DNA of 64,000 nucleotides from Vulcanimicrobiota bacterium (GTDB lineage Bacteria > Vulcanimicrobiota > Xenobia > Xenobiales > JADMJV01): assembly GCA_050250895.1 (NCBI GenBank), contig JBFWNU010000001.1, positions 904,008 to 968,007 of the forward strand, given 5' to 3'. A program made the translations under genes and the position numbers. This document shows positions 9,232 to 19,915 of this stretch, one piece after another; positions within the stretch are counted from its first letter, which is position 1; the number at the start of each line of letters is the position of its first letter. Below the pieces are notes generated by a model. It did no database searches and was not told where the DNA came from. It saw only the letters and a list, made by a program, of their open reading frames with translations.

Positions 9232-10408
9232 CCGTAAATACCTCGCTTGCTTTGCCCAGGGCGACCGCCAGGCGGTCGATGTCGGCAGTGGTGTTGTAGA
9301 CGTAAAAACTTGCCCGAGTGGTGCCGGCCCAGCCCAGCTGGCGCATCAAGGGCTGGCAGCAATGATGACCCGCCCGAATGCAGACCTGCTCGCGATCGAG
9401 CAAGGTAGCCAGATCGTGGGGATGGATGCCGCGATAGTCAAACGACAACACGCCGCTCTGACGGGTCGTGTCGCCCGGGCCCAACAGACGCATCCCCTCG
9501 AGCTTGCCGAGCGTAGCGAAGGCATACTCGAGCAACATCTGCTCATGGGCGCGCACGCGCTCCATGCCAAACTCGGTCAGATAGTCGATGGCTGCTCCCA
9601 GGCCGATGGCTCCGGCGATGTGGGGGGTGCCCGCTTCGAAGCGCTGGGGCACTTCGCCAAAGCGGGTCTTCTCTCGCTTGACTTGCAAGATCATGCCGCC
9701 TCCCAGGCGGTACGGTGGCAAGGCCTCGAGCAACTGGCGTCGGCCATACAGCACCCCGATACCGGTGGGCCCCAGCATCTTGTGCCCCGAAAAGGCCAGG
9801 AAATCACAGTCGAGGGCGCCGACATCGGTGGTCAGGTGAGGCACGCCCTGGGCCCCATCGACCACCACCAGGGCGCCCGCCTGACGGGCCCGGGCAGCCA
9901 GGTCGGCCACCGGATTGATGGTTCCGAACACGTTCGACACCCAGGTCAGGGCCAAAAGCTTGGGTCGAGCCTCGAGCAACCGGTCAAAATTAGAAAGGTC
10001 GAGAGAACCGTCGGGCAGCACCTCGATCCAGGCGAGCTGGGCGCCTTTGCGCTGAGCCAACTGCTGCCAGGGCACCAGATTCGAATGGTGCTCCATCCCG
10101 GAAAGGAGAATGGTATCGCCGACCCCGATGTGCTCTTCGCCCCAGGTCGAGGCCAGCAGGTTGATACTATCGGTAGTGCCCGAGGTGAAGATGCACTCTT
10201 CGGGTCGAGCGCCGATGAACGCGGCTACCTTCTGGCGGGCCTCTTCGTAGCGACTGGTCGCCTCTTCCGAGATGGAATAGATGCCGCGATGAATGTTGGC
10301 GCAATAGTCGCGATAGTAGCCGGTCATGGCCTCGATCACCGCGGTCGGCGTCAGAGAAGTGGCGCCGCTGTCGAGATAGACCAGCTTATCGGTGATCGGA
10401 AAATCCAT
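9221..10408 (-). CDS. sufS: Cysteine desulfurase SufS
   Basis: YLDSGATS, FSGHKMLGPTGIG, RAGHHC. Confidence 0.95.
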   Translation of the reverse strand: MDFPITDKLVYLDSGATSLTPTAVIEAMTGYYRDYCANIHRGIYSISEEATSRYEEARQKVAAFIGARPEECIFTSGTTDSINLLASTWGEEHIGVGDTILLSGMEHHSNLVPWQQLAQRKGAQLAWIEVLPDGSLDLSNFDRLLEARPKLLALTWVSNVFGTINPVADLAARARQAGALVVVDGAQGVPHLTTDVGALDCDFLAFSGHKMLGPTGIGVLYGRRQLLEALPPYRLGGGMILQVKREKTRFGEVPQRFEAGTPHIAGAIGLGAAIDYLTEFGMERVRAHEQMLLEYAFATLGKLEGMRLLGPGDTTRQSGVLSFDYRGIHPHDLATLLDREQVCIRAGHHCCQPLMRQLGWAGTTRASFYVYNTTADIDRLAVALGKASEVFTGVH

Positions 10409-10707
10409 CAGTCGAGACTCACATAGACCTGACCGTCGACCACTTCGAGCTCGAACGTCTCGATGGGATAAACGGCTGGCATCTGGGTGACTGACCCGTC
10501 GCGAACGTCAAAACGGGCCCCGTGGCGGGGGCACTCGATCTCGCAACCTTCGAGTTCGCCCTCGCCCAGGGGACCGTCATCGTGAGTGCATCGGTCCTCG
10601 ACGGCATAGAGGGTGCCATCCACGTTGCAGATGGCCACCCTCTCGCCTTCGATGCGGACCACGCGGACCTTCCCCAGGGGAAAGTCCTCGAGTCGGCCGA
10701 CTCTCAT
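10408..10707 (-). CDS. Rieske-type [2Fe-2S] ferredoxin
   Basis: CTH ... CPRHG Rieske motifs. Confidence 0.92.
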   Translation of the reverse strand: MRVGRLEDFPLGKVRVVRIEGERVAICNVDGTLYAVEDRCTHDDGPLGEGELEGCEIECPRHGARFDVRDGSVTQMPAVYPIETFELEVVDGQVYVSLD

Positions 10708-11933
10708 CAGCCCAGCACTTTCTCCATTCGCTCCGAGAGCAGTTCCACGAGGTGCTCGACCACCACTGGCTGAGCGGTCCGCTCGATCACTTCCTGGAAA
10801 AAGCCGGTAATGAGCAAACGCTCCGCCTCGTAAGAGGTCATGCCGCGACTCTGCAGATAGAACTTCTGGTCGCGGTCATAGGTGGTGAAGGTAGCGCCAT
10901 GAGTGCAACGCACATCATTGGCCTCGATCTCGAGTTTGGGCATCGAATCGGCCCGGGCTTTGTCCGAGAGCAACAAGTTGCGATTCTGCTGGTAGCCGTC
11001 GATCTTCTGGGCACCGGGCTCACACAGCACATTACCCGAGAATACCGAGCGAGCTTTACCAGTCAGAGCGATGTGGCAAAGCACATCAGAGACGGTGTCG
11101 CCCACGCGATGGTTTTGAACCACATCCAGGTCATAGTGTTGCCGGCCTTCGGCCAGCACCAGCCCCAAGACCTCGGACTTGGCTCCCTGGCCGCACAGGT
11201 CGGATTCGATGAACACTTTGGCCAATCGTCCACCCAGGCCCATGAAGAGCACTTGCAGGGTGGCGTCCTTGCCCAGGGTTGCGTGAATCGTCGGTACCAC
11301 CGCGGCCCGATCGCCCCACTTATGGACGAAGACGTAGCGCAGATTGGCGCCTTCCTCGAGATGGATCTCGACCATGGGTGCGGCCAGCAGTGCCTCGTCA
11401 TCGGCCTCGAAGGTCTCTACCACCGAAGCTTTGCTGTGGCGCTCGGCCAGCACCAGACTGTGTGGCAGCGCCGCCGCCGTGTCGCCCGCGCCGAAGCGAT
11501 GGTGGGCGGTCACCGCTCCCTCGCCGGTGCTCTTGTCTTTGGCGATGTGAAAGAAGCTGCCGCCGCTCCAGAAAGCGCGGTTGAGAGCCGAAAACGAATG
11601 CTCGTCGAGGCGTCCTACGTGGTGTAGATACTTTTCGACCAGCGCCGACTGAGTCTTGACGGCCTCTTCTAGAGCACAGAAAGTCACGCCGTCACGGCTG
11701 GCCTCGCCCAGTTGGCCGAAGCTCGACACGGGAGGCGCGACCTGGTGGCTCTCGGGACGAACCCGCTCCGGGTCGGTGCGGCGCCAGGCTTCGTCTTTTC
11801 CGGTAGGGAAGTCTAGCGCCTGATAATGGGCAAATCCTTCGCGTCGAGCTGCCTTAAGCCAATCGGGGGCCTGGTTGCTGAGCAGGTCGAGCCCGCTCTG
11901 ATCAAGAGTTGCTTTGGTCATGGTGGTGGTCAT
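10707..11933 (-). CDS. sufD: Fe-S cluster assembly protein SufD
   Basis: EAWRRT, NRNLLLSDKARADSMPKLEIEANDVRCTHGAT, FYLQSRG. Confidence 0.93.
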   Translation of the reverse strand: MTTTMTKATLDQSGLDLLSNQAPDWLKAARREGFAHYQALDFPTGKDEAWRRTDPERVRPESHQVAPPVSSFGQLGEASRDGVTFCALEEAVKTQSALVEKYLHHVGRLDEHSFSALNRAFWSGGSFFHIAKDKSTGEGAVTAHHRFGAGDTAAALPHSLVLAERHSKASVVETFEADDEALLAAPMVEIHLEEGANLRYVFVHKWGDRAAVVPTIHATLGKDATLQVLFMGLGGRLAKVFIESDLCGQGAKSEVLGLVLAEGRQHYDLDVVQNHRVGDTVSDVLCHIALTGKARSVFSGNVLCEPGAQKIDGYQQNRNLLLSDKARADSMPKLEIEANDVRCTHGATFTTYDRDQKFYLQSRGMTSYEAERLLITGFFQEVIERTAQPVVVEHLVELLSERMEKVLG

Positions 11934-11941
11934 CTTTCCTC

Positions 11942-13348
11942 CTAGCCGATCGATCCTTCCATCTCGAGTTGAATGAGACGGTTGAGTTCGACGGCATATT
12001 CCATCGGCAGTTCTTTGGTGAAGGGCTCGAAAAAGCCGTTCACGATCATCGAGATGGCGTCGTTCTCGGAAAGGCCGCGGCTCATCAGATAGAACAGTTG
12101 CTCATCGCCCACTTTGGAAACGGTGGCCTCGTGACCGATATGGGTGTCCTTGTTCTCGATCTCCATGTAGGGATAAGTGTCCGAACGCGACTCTTCGTCA
12201 AGCAGCAAAGCGTCACAGCGCACGTTGCACTTGACTCCGTGGGCGTTAGGATAGACTTTTACCAGGCCGCGATAGGAAGTGCGTCCGCCGTTCTTGGAGA
12301 TGGACTTGGACAGCACGGTGGAAGAGGTGTTGGGAGCCACGTGAACCATCTTGGCCCCGGCGTCCTGGTGCTGACCTTTGCCGGCATAGGCAATGGAAAG
12401 GACCTCGCCGCGAGCCCCCTCCTCCATCAAGTAGACGGCCGGATACTTCATCGTGATCTTGGAACCCAGGTTGCCGTCAATCCACTCGACGGTGGCATTC
12501 TTGAACGCCTGAGCGCGCTTGGTCACCAGGTTATAGACGTTGTTCGACCAGTTCTGGATGGTGGTGTAGCGAATGGTCGAGCCCTCCATCGCGATCAACT
12601 CGACCACGGCCGAATGGAGCGAATCGGTGGCATAGATCGGAGCCGTGCAGCCCTCGATGTAGTGCACTTTTGCACCCGGTTCGGTGATGATGAGGGTGCG
12701 CTCGAACTGGCCCATGTTCTCGGCATTGATGCGGAAGTAGGCCTGCAGCGGAATGTCGACTTCCACTCCGGCCGGCACCCAGATGAACGACCCGCCGCTC
12801 CAGACCGCCGTGTTGAGGGCCGAGAACTTGTTGTCGTTGTGGGGGATGACGGTGCCGAAGTACTTCTTGACGATCTCCGGGTGCTCGCGCAGAGCGCTAT
12901 CCATGTCGAGGAAGATGACTCCCTCTTTCTCGAGGTCCTCGCGGATGGAGTGATACACCACCTCGGACTCGTATTGAGCCGAGACGCCGGCCAGGAACTT
13001 TCGCTCGGCCTCGGGGATCCCCAGCTTCTCGAAGGTATCCTTGATGTACTCGGGCACGTCGTCCCAGCTCTTCTCGGTTTTCTCCGAAGGCTTGACGTAA
13101 TAGTGAATGTTCCCGAAGTCGATCTCGCCGAGATCGCTGCCCCATTGGGGCATGGGCCGGCTATGGAAATGCTCCAGAGCCTGCAGGCGAGCCTCGAGCA
13201 TCCAGGCCGGTTCGTTCTTTTGGGAAGAGATCTTCTCCACGATCTCGCGGGTCAGACCCTTTCCAGACTTGTAGACGTAGTTCTCTTCGTCGTGAAAGCC
13301 GTATTTATAGTCTTTGCCAATATCCTCTAAGAGAGCGGAATCAGACAT
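11942..13348 (-). CDS. sufB: Fe-S cluster assembly protein SufB
   Basis: [41 protein letters not shown]. Confidence 0.97.
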   Translation of the reverse strand: MSDSALLEDIGKDYKYGFHDEENYVYKSGKGLTREIVEKISSQKNEPAWMLEARLQALEHFHSRPMPQWGSDLGEIDFGNIHYYVKPSEKTEKSWDDVPEYIKDTFEKLGIPEAERKFLAGVSAQYESEVVYHSIREDLEKEGVIFLDMDSALREHPEIVKKYFGTVIPHNDNKFSALNTAVWSGGSFIWVPAGVEVDIPLQAYFRINAENMGQFERTLIITEPGAKVHYIEGCTAPIYATDSLHSAVVELIAMEGSTIRYTTIQNWSNNVYNLVTKRAQAFKNATVEWIDGNLGSKITMKYPAVYLMEEGARGEVLSIAYAGKGQHQDAGAKMVHVAPNTSSTVLSKSISKNGGRTSYRGLVKVYPNAHGVKCNVRCDALLLDEESRSDTYPYMEIENKDTHIGHEATVSKVGDEQLFYLMSRGLSENDAISMIVNGFFEPFTKELPMEYAVELNRLIQLEMEGSIG

Positions 13349-13373
13349 TTAGATCCTCCTAAGGTGCCGTCGC

Positions 13374-14153
13374 CTAGGCGCCAGCGGTCACAGGCTCGAC
13401 GCCGTAAGCTTTGAGCAGTTCGTCATAGCCCTTCTCTTCGAGTTCGTGGGCGAGTTCGGGCCCACCACTGCGAACGATGCGGCCGGACACCATCACATGG
13501 ACGTGGTGGGGTTTGATGTAGTTGAGCAGACGTTGATAGTGAGTAACCAACAAAACTCCCATATCGGGACCCGCCTGGCGATTGACACCCTCGGCCACGA
13601 TGCGCAAGGCATCGATATCCAGGCCCGAGTCGGTCTCGTCAAGCAACGCTAGCTTGGGTTGGAGCAGCGCCATCTGCAGAATCTCGCAGCGCTTCTTCTC
13701 GCCGCCCGAGAAGCCGTCGTTGACATAGCGCTTGGCGAAGTCGGGGTTGATACCGAGCTCTTTCATGTGCCCCATCAACTCTTTGCGGAAGGGGAGCAAC
13801 TTGACCTTGTCGGCGCCCCGCACAGCCTTCACCGAGGCCAGCAAGAAATTGCCCAGACTGACGCCCGGAATCGAGGTGGGATATTGGAAGGCCAGGAAGA
13901 TGCCGGCTTTGGCCCGCTCATCGGCTTCCATCTCGGTGAGGTCTTCCCCCTGATAGTGGATGGTTCCACCCGTGACCTCATAGGCGGGGTGACCCATCAA
14001 AACGTTGGACAGGGTCGATTTTCCCGAGCCGTTGGGACCCATCAAAGCGTGAATCTCGCCCTGTTTGATGGTCAGGCTCAGGCCCCGCAAAATCGGCTTC
14101 CCTTCGATTTCGACCTGCAGGTCTTTGATTTCGAGTAAAGGCTTGTTGGCCAT
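13374..14153 (-). CDS. sufC: Fe-S cluster assembly ATPase SufC
   Basis: [30 protein letters not shown]. Confidence 0.97.
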   Translation of the reverse strand: MANKPLLEIKDLQVEIEGKPILRGLSLTIKQGEIHALMGPNGSGKSTLSNVLMGHPAYEVTGGTIHYQGEDLTEMEADERAKAGIFLAFQYPTSIPGVSLGNFLLASVKAVRGADKVKLLPFRKELMGHMKELGINPDFAKRYVNDGFSGGEKKRCEILQMALLQPKLALLDETDSGLDIDALRIVAEGVNRQAGPDMGVLLVTHYQRLLNYIKPHHVHVMVSGRIVRSGGPELAHELEEKGYDELLKAYGVEPVTAGA

Positions 14154-14172
14154 AATTACACCTCTCGTTGTG

Positions 14173-14652
14173 CTATCTTTCCTCTATTAACTTCAAAGGC
14201 AGCAAACCTTCGCTCTCGCGCCCCCCGCAAAGCCGCTGGGCCTCCGCTCTCAAATCGTCGAGTGTCGTGCTACCTAAAACTTCCATGACGCTATTCTCGA
14301 GCTCAAAACACAATTTTCGGCTGGCGCACCCTGTATGAGTGCGGCAGTTCGCCGAACGGAGCTCAGGCATGCTGCACAAAATCGGCGGCATATCACCCTC
14401 GACAGCCCTCACCACATCAGCCACCGTGATCTCGCCAGGAGGCCTGGAAAGACGATATCCGCCTTTGGGCCCGCGAGTCGACTCGACCAGACCCGATTGA
14501 CGGATAGCATTGAGAATTTGTTCGAGATAGCGACGGGGGATGTTGTTCTCGTCCGACAGGCTGACCGTGGTCACCGGCGGCCCATTCAACTGCTGAGCCA
14601 GCGCCAAACAGGCCCGCAAACCATAGGTACTTCTTGTCGAGAGTTTGAACAA
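14173..14652 (-). CDS. Rrf2-family (IscR-like) transcriptional regulator
   Basis: YLEQIL ... [11 protein letters not shown] winged HTH; three IscR-like Cys in the C-terminal half. Confidence 0.9.
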   Translation of the reverse strand: MFKLSTRSTYGLRACLALAQQLNGPPVTTVSLSDENNIPRRYLEQILNAIRQSGLVESTRGPKGGYRLSRPPGEITVADVVRAVEGDMPPILCSMPELRSANCRTHTGCASRKLCFELENSVMEVLGSTTLDDLRAEAQRLCGGRESEGLLPLKLIEER

Positions 14653-14684
14653 TGGTCCCTTTCATCCAATGTGTGGTCGCCCTG

Positions 14685-14720
14685 ATTCTAATAATCCCTA
14701 CTATTTTTGTCAAGATTATT
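14685..14720 (-). promoter_or_regulatory. Sigma70 promoter (TTGACA-17-TAGAAT) overlapped by an IscR-type operator palindrome
   Basis: -35 at 14708-14713 and -10 at 14685-14690. AATAATCTTGACAAAAATAGTAGGGATTATT resembles the IscR type-1 site. Confidence 0.8.
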
Positions 14721-14874
14721 AAACAACCTCGGCGGGGACGGGTCTTCTCATTCCCCTCCAGATCCGAGTCGAAACGTCTGTTCACGCGCCTCTGGCCAGG
14801 CGTCAAAATATCCGATGGTAGGCGAGCCCCTAAATTTAGGGGAGAATTGCTCACAGCTAGCAAATAGGGAAACC

Positions 14875-17031
14875 ATGCCGGATATCCATCGGCCCGTGCT
14901 GGCCGTGGTGGGACATATCGTCGAGGCCGACGATCCCGAATTCCGCTCACTCGAGCTGGCGCAACGTTTTTTTGAGCGCAAAGCCAATCAGCGGGGGGCC
15001 GACGAGCAAGGTATCGTCTATGCCCTCATCTGGCTAGCCGGCACGCGGGTCGTGCTTCACAACGTCAAAGGGGCCCTGCACACCCTGGGCCACCTCAGGG
15101 CCCGCTCCCGCGGCCGCTTCAAGGAACTCGAGACCATGGCCGGATATCTCGAGATCAGGCTGGCTCTCGAAATGCGGGAATACAAAAAGGCGCTGGGCCT
15201 GCTCGAGCGCCTCACGGTCGACTCCGATGACGAACGAACCCGAGCCCGACTTACCGCCATCGCCCAGATGTACCGAGGTCGAATCCTTTCAGCCCAAGGC
15301 CAGATTCAGCTTGGCCACGTCGAATTCGAAAAGGCCCTGGCCTCGCTGAGAGTAGGCTCGGCCCAGCTCGAGGATTTGGCCATTACGGCCGAGATCTATA
15401 ACGAGCAGGGCCACTCCTTCTACCGCGAGGGCAAGGTAGACGAAGGCATGAAGGCCTACACCCAGGCCGAAACGGTGGCCGGGCACATCGGTTTCAAACT
15501 GGCCCTGGCCCGTAGCCTGCGAGGGCGCGGCATCATCCACAGCATTCGCAAAGAAAACGAGCAGGCCATCAAGCTGCTGCGTCAGGCCCTGGACGTCTAT
15601 CAGGGCTTCGATGCCCCCTACGGCGTGCTGCGAACCTGCATCAGCCTGGGCCGCTCGCACTATGCTCTGGCTGACTATCGCCAGGCCCTGTTCTATTTCG
15701 AAGAAGCCCGGGTCCAGTGTGGCAAAGGGCGATATCCCAACGAAGAAGCCGAAGTCAACGCCCGCATCGGCGACATCATGTTGGCCGAGGGCCGCTACGA
15801 CGAGGCGGCCGAATTCTACGAGCAAGACTTGCAGATCGTCACCGTCCAGGGCACCGACCGGGCGCGCAGCCACGCTCTGCGCAACGTGGGCCGTATTCAG
15901 CGTTTGCTGGGCAACTTCTTGCGAGCCGAGGCCTGCCTCGAAGAGTCCTACCAGATCTTCAAGCGCCTCGACGATCGGCCAGGCCTGGTTCAGACCTTGC
16001 AACAGATGGTGCAGTGCTTCCTCGAAGAAGGCAAGACCGTCATGGCCCGGCGCGCCCTCGACGCCCTCAAGGAGCAGGCGACTCGCCTGGGGCGCACCCA
16101 CGAAGTCGGTATCGCCAACATGCTCGAAGGCCTGGTTCTGCGCCACGAGGACAAGTCGGCCGAAGCCCGCCTGCAACTCGAGAAGAGCCTGCGCGTTTTC
16201 GCCGAAGACCCCGGTTTCTACACGGTGATGTGCCGCATGGAACTCGGTCAGGCTTTGCACGACCTGGGTCACCGCGAATCGGCGCTCCACCAATTCAAAG
16301 AAGCTATTTTGACCTCGCGCAAACTGCGACTGCACGACATGGAGAAGCGGGCGCTCGATCTGCTGGCCAAGATCGACCGCTCGGAGTGGGCCCGAATTTT
16401 GCACGGTGGCGGTAGCCAACCCATCAAAGACCGGCGCGTCAACCGCGTCTATCTCTCGGTTTTGATGCTGGAACTACGGGGGCTTGATTCTATTTGGGAT
16501 CTAGAGCCAGAGCCCCAGGTCCAGGCGCTCAATCAGGTCTACGACGCTCTGGCCTCGATCATCCATCAAGAGAAAGGCATTCTGGGCAAACTGAGCGGCG
16601 AGCGGATGCAGGTGATCTTCGGCCTCGAGAGCACCTGTGACCCCGGTCTGGCCCTGGCCTGCGCCGAGGCTTGCTTGGAGGGCTTCCAGCGCCAGCGTCG
16701 CGAGCTAGAACTGGCCGCCGAATTTGGCCTGGCCGCCTCGATCGCCACCGGCGAGGCTATCGAGGGTATGTTCGGCCCTTCGGATCGCCTCGAATTTGGG
16801 GTTTTCGGCGAGTCGGTCAGCTTGGCCAAGGTCATTCTGGGAGCCGCATCGCCCGGAGAAGTGGTGGTCTGCCCCCATACCTATCGGGCCCTGAGCCACA
16901 ATCTGCCGATGTCGGCCCCACGCGACCTCGAGGTTCCTGACTGGGAAAAACTGGTCGTCTATCAGGTCTCGTCGGGCCGCACGCTCACTCATCAGGGGGG
17001 TTTGGCGGTCGACGGGGGGCTGGCGGGTTAA
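14875..17031 (+). CDS. TPR-repeat protein with C-terminal degenerate class III nucleotide cyclase domain
   Basis: Multiple TPRs followed by a cyclase fold (SIATGEAIEGMFGPSDRLEFGVFGESV). Likely start is ATG 14875 rather than 14707. Confidence 0.75.
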   Translation: MPDIHRPVLAVVGHIVEADDPEFRSLELAQRFFERKANQRGADEQGIVYALIWLAGTRVVLHNVKGALHTLGHLRARSRGRFKELETMAGYLEIRLALEMREYKKALGLLERLTVDSDDERTRARLTAIAQMYRGRILSAQGQIQLGHVEFEKALASLRVGSAQLEDLAITAEIYNEQGHSFYREGKVDEGMKAYTQAETVAGHIGFKLALARSLRGRGIIHSIRKENEQAIKLLRQALDVYQGFDAPYGVLRTCISLGRSHYALADYRQALFYFEEARVQCGKGRYPNEEAEVNARIGDIMLAEGRYDEAAEFYEQDLQIVTVQGTDRARSHALRNVGRIQRLLGNFLRAEACLEESYQIFKRLDDRPGLVQTLQQMVQCFLEEGKTVMARRALDALKEQATRLGRTHEVGIANMLEGLVLRHEDKSAEARLQLEKSLRVFAEDPGFYTVMCRMELGQALHDLGHRESALHQFKEAILTSRKLRLHDMEKRALDLLAKIDRSEWARILHGGGSQPIKDRRVNRVYLSVLMLELRGLDSIWDLEPEPQVQALNQVYDALASIIHQEKGILGKLSGERMQVIFGLESTCDPGLALACAEACLEGFQRQRRELELAAEFGLAASIATGEAIEGMFGPSDRLEFGVFGESVSLAKVILGAASPGEVVVCPHTYRALSHNLPMSAPRDLEVPDWEKLVVYQVSSGRTLTHQGGLAVDGGLAG

Positions 17032-17809
17032 GCAGCGCCTTGAGTTCGCTCCAGGCCTGCGAGCCCTTCGACCGCTCGTCGGGGTCATCCCCGTAGCGCA
17101 CCCAAAAGGTGGCCTCGTCAAATAGCTCGGCGGCCGCATCGGCCTTGCGGTAGCGGTCCCGACGACCCCACTCTCCGGTGCCGTACGAAACACGCAGGCG
17201 GCGAGCCCGCTGCTTGACCTCCATGCGAACCTCGTGGGTGACCTCCTGCGGCCGGAGCTTGAGCTGGCGGACGATCAAATCGAGCAGCTCGTGGGTCAGC
17301 TTCATGAACTCCTTCTCGTTGAGAGCGGGCACGACCGGCTCGAAACTATCCAGGATCTGCTCGAAAACCCCCTCCAGGGACTCGAACCGGCTGGGGGGGC
17401 TGGCGAACGAAATGACGTAGGTCTGACCCTTGGCACTCAAAAAGACCTTCAACTGCCGGGTCACCTGACCATTGGGCAGCTTCTGGTTTAGCAGCACCTT
17501 ACGCGCGTCGCAATCGGCCACCTCGGCCTTCTCGACCTTCTCGACCTTCCAAACGTTACGCCATGCCGACTGAGACCTGTCGACGTAGGCGTCAAGATCG
17601 AAGCCATCGGGGGCGGTGGCACTGACGACTTTCACCCAGGGAGGTTGGTCGAGGACGGGAGCGGCCTGAAAGAAACCGAGAGCGTCTCTGCCGACCCTCC
17701 AGTGCTCAGGCACGGAGATCTTGAAAGAACGCTCGTCGAGAGTATGCCAGTTTTGGGCCCAGGCAACCGCACACAGCAACCACCCAAAGAATAGGACCCT
17801 GTATCGCAT
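16985..17809 (-). CDS. Exported PsbP/DcrB-like domain protein
   Basis: Signal peptide (AWA|Q), FKISVPEHW ... YVISFAS ... FEQILDSF. Confidence 0.6.
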   Translation of the reverse strand: MRYRVLFFGWLLCAVAWAQNWHTLDERSFKISVPEHWRVGRDALGFFQAAPVLDQPPWVKVVSATAPDGFDLDAYVDRSQSAWRNVWKVEKVEKAEVADCDARKVLLNQKLPNGQVTRQLKVFLSAKGQTYVISFASPPSRFESLEGVFEQILDSFEPVVPALNEKEFMKLTHELLDLIVRQLKLRPQEVTHEVRMEVKQRARRLRVSYGTGEWGRRDRYRKADAAAELFDEATFWVRYGDDPDERSKGSQAWSELKALLNPPAPRRPPNPPDE

Positions 17810-17814
17810 GAACT

Positions 17815-18702
17815 TTATTCGGTGAGGTTGACGCTGATGGGCAGCGTCTGGCCTCCTCTTTCTACGGTAAATTTCAGGTTCGGCGTGTTACGAATCTCGC
17901 GATAGGCAGCCGACAGCGCCTCGGTCCCGTTGAGGGGAAGCTCGTTGACCGAAGTTACGATATCGCCATTGCGAATGCCCAGCCGATAAAGAGGATGGGT
18001 CTGACTGGCCAGATACACCTGAAAACCGATGGTCTCGCCGTCTCGCTGAATGGGTCGCATCTTGAAGTTGCCAGGATCGGGGTTGTCGATCATGTTGCGG
18101 AGCTCGGCTTGCGAGAGCGAGCCTCCGGGCGGCGTCTCGGCCGGGGCGACCGGCTGAGCAGGAATGCCAAAACTCTGGGGAGGTTGAGCCGGAACCGGAG
18201 CGGCCGCGACCTGCTGCGACTGACCGGCGGCCATCTCGAGGGTCTGGTCCACTCCGGCCCGACGCACCACCGCGCTATACGGCCCAACCGAGACCAGCGT
18301 GTAGTCACCCCCTACGGTCTCGCCCACGCCGACCACCTCGGTGGTGCCGTTGACATCGATCATCGCCAGGGACAAACCCTGACCCGACATGGTCCCCTTG
18401 AGGGTCAATCGGGCCGTCGGTTGAGGGGGGGCCGCCTGCGAGGGCGTCCCGGGAGTTTCGGCCGCGACATCACCGGGGTCCGGCGCCGAAAGGGCCAGCA
18501 ACTCTCCCAGTCCGGGCGGGGCGGCCTTGGCCGGAGGCGGCTCGGTAGGGATGGCGGCCAATTGCACGTCGATGGGCATAGGAGCCACCGCCAACCGCTT
18601 TTCGATTACGGCCGACGTGAGGTCGGCCGCAAAAAAGGCCAGCGCGATCACCAGCGCGATGTTCAAGAATCTGAGCAAGCCCGGAGGCGGGGCCGTGGTC
18701 AT
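17815..18702 (-). CDS. gspC: Type II secretion protein GspC (TM, HR and PDZ domains)
   Basis: N-terminal TM, LTLKGTM..LAMI HR domain, LGIRNGDIVTSVN PDZ; divergent from the gsp operon. Confidence 0.8.
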   Translation of the reverse strand: MTTAPPPGLLRFLNIALVIALAFFAADLTSAVIEKRLAVAPMPIDVQLAAIPTEPPPAKAAPPGLGELLALSAPDPGDVAAETPGTPSQAAPPQPTARLTLKGTMSGQGLSLAMIDVNGTTEVVGVGETVGGDYTLVSVGPYSAVVRRAGVDQTLEMAAGQSQQVAAAPVPAQPPQSFGIPAQPVAPAETPPGGSLSQAELRNMIDNPDPGNFKMRPIQRDGETIGFQVYLASQTHPLYRLGIRNGDIVTSVNELPLNGTEALSAAYREIRNTPNLKFTVERGGQTLPISVNLTE

Positions 18703-19823
18703 GGTTGGTCCTCTCTGACCGCAATCGAGGCCAGCACAGGCTGTTGACCGGTCATGTCGATTTGGAAGCGTCGAATAATCTGGGACCAGCTTTCGCCCTG
18801 GTCGTGGCGCTCGAGGATCTGGCCGAGTTCAAGCTCGGCCGCCCGGGACAGAGCCAGGGCGATGCCGGCTTCGGCCATCTCGAGGTTGCGCGAAGCCAGC
18901 GCACTCACGTCAGACGTATTGGCCCCGTAGGCATGATAGAGAATCGGCAGCAGGGCTCGTTTCTCACCCGGAGTGAGGCGCTCGAGATCATAGTGCAACG
19001 ACATCTGCTCGGGAAAACGGGTGCGACGGCGGGCGCACAGGATCGTGTGGGGCGCCGTGCCGGTGAGCAGGGGATAAACGCCCGACAGGGGGCCCTGGGT
19101 CAGCACATCGGGACGCAACCCGAAAGCCAGCGTCACCTCCGACCAGGGCAAATCCTCGCCCAGTCGCGCCGCCAGCATCGACTCCATCGGCAAGGGCTTA
19201 TGGTAAGCGATCACCCCGGCCATCACCCAATCGGCCGTGACCAGCCCTTTGCCGGCGGGTTTGGTCAACATCTCTTCGGGCACGCCAAGGGGGTCGTCGA
19301 GCACGGCCCGAATATTCTTGATTTCGTCCCCCGAGAGGTGGAAGCGATTCTGCAACACCTCGGAAGGCACCGACGGTTCGAAGGCGTTGATCACCAAGTC
19401 CTTGGCCAGACCCGGATAGACATCGGGCAAAAAGTGGAGCACCGGGGGCGGTGAATCGTTGCGACCAAACCACAGAATCTGGCGGATGGGATCGGGCAAG
19501 CTGTCGGCGTCGAGCTCGATCTCCTCGGCGATTTCACGCCAGCGTTTTCCGCCGCGCAGACGTCGCAACTCGAGCACTTCGTTGAGCGAGGCCCCCTGAC
19601 CCATCATGGCCAGGGCCACCAGGGTCTCGGCATAAGAGTAGCCCCCAATAAGCATCTCTTGCGGAACCCGTTCCGGAATGCGGTAAGCTCTGGCCATCCA
19701 AGCGCTAGCCAGCCGAGCATCCGCGGCCGCCCGCTCATGTCGCTCTCGAAATTCCGTTTGACCCCACGCCCCAACCGTCAATAAGAAAGCCAGCAGGAGC
19801 GTCCACCGTCGTTTCATGCCCAA
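18699..19823 (-). CDS. Exported hypothetical protein with three internal helical repeats
   Basis: Signal peptide (AWG|Q); overlaps the gspC start (ATGA). Confidence 0.65.
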   Translation of the reverse strand: MGMKRRWTLLLAFLLTVGAWGQTEFRERHERAAADARLASAWMARAYRIPERVPQEMLIGGYSYAETLVALAMMGQGASLNEVLELRRLRGGKRWREIAEEIELDADSLPDPIRQILWFGRNDSPPPVLHFLPDVYPGLAKDLVINAFEPSVPSEVLQNRFHLSGDEIKNIRAVLDDPLGVPEEMLTKPAGKGLVTADWVMAGVIAYHKPLPMESMLAARLGEDLPWSEVTLAFGLRPDVLTQGPLSGVYPLLTGTAPHTILCARRRTRFPEQMSLHYDLERLTPGEKRALLPILYHAYGANTSDVSALASRNLEMAEAGIALALSRAAELELGQILERHDQGESWSQIIRRFQIDMTGQQPVLASIAVREDQP

Positions 19824-19915
19824 TGGGTTCCCTGAGGAACCTCAACTTCCTCCGCAAGTCGATGGGCAACCTGTCAAATCACAGGGTAGAACGCCTCGGG
19901 CGAGAAAAACTATTG

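Noticed and set aside
9200-14138. Long plus-strand ORFs (408, 291, 473 aa) opposite the suf genes
   Set aside because: High-GC antisense shadows of clearly conserved genes, as with many other overlapping ORFs in the track.
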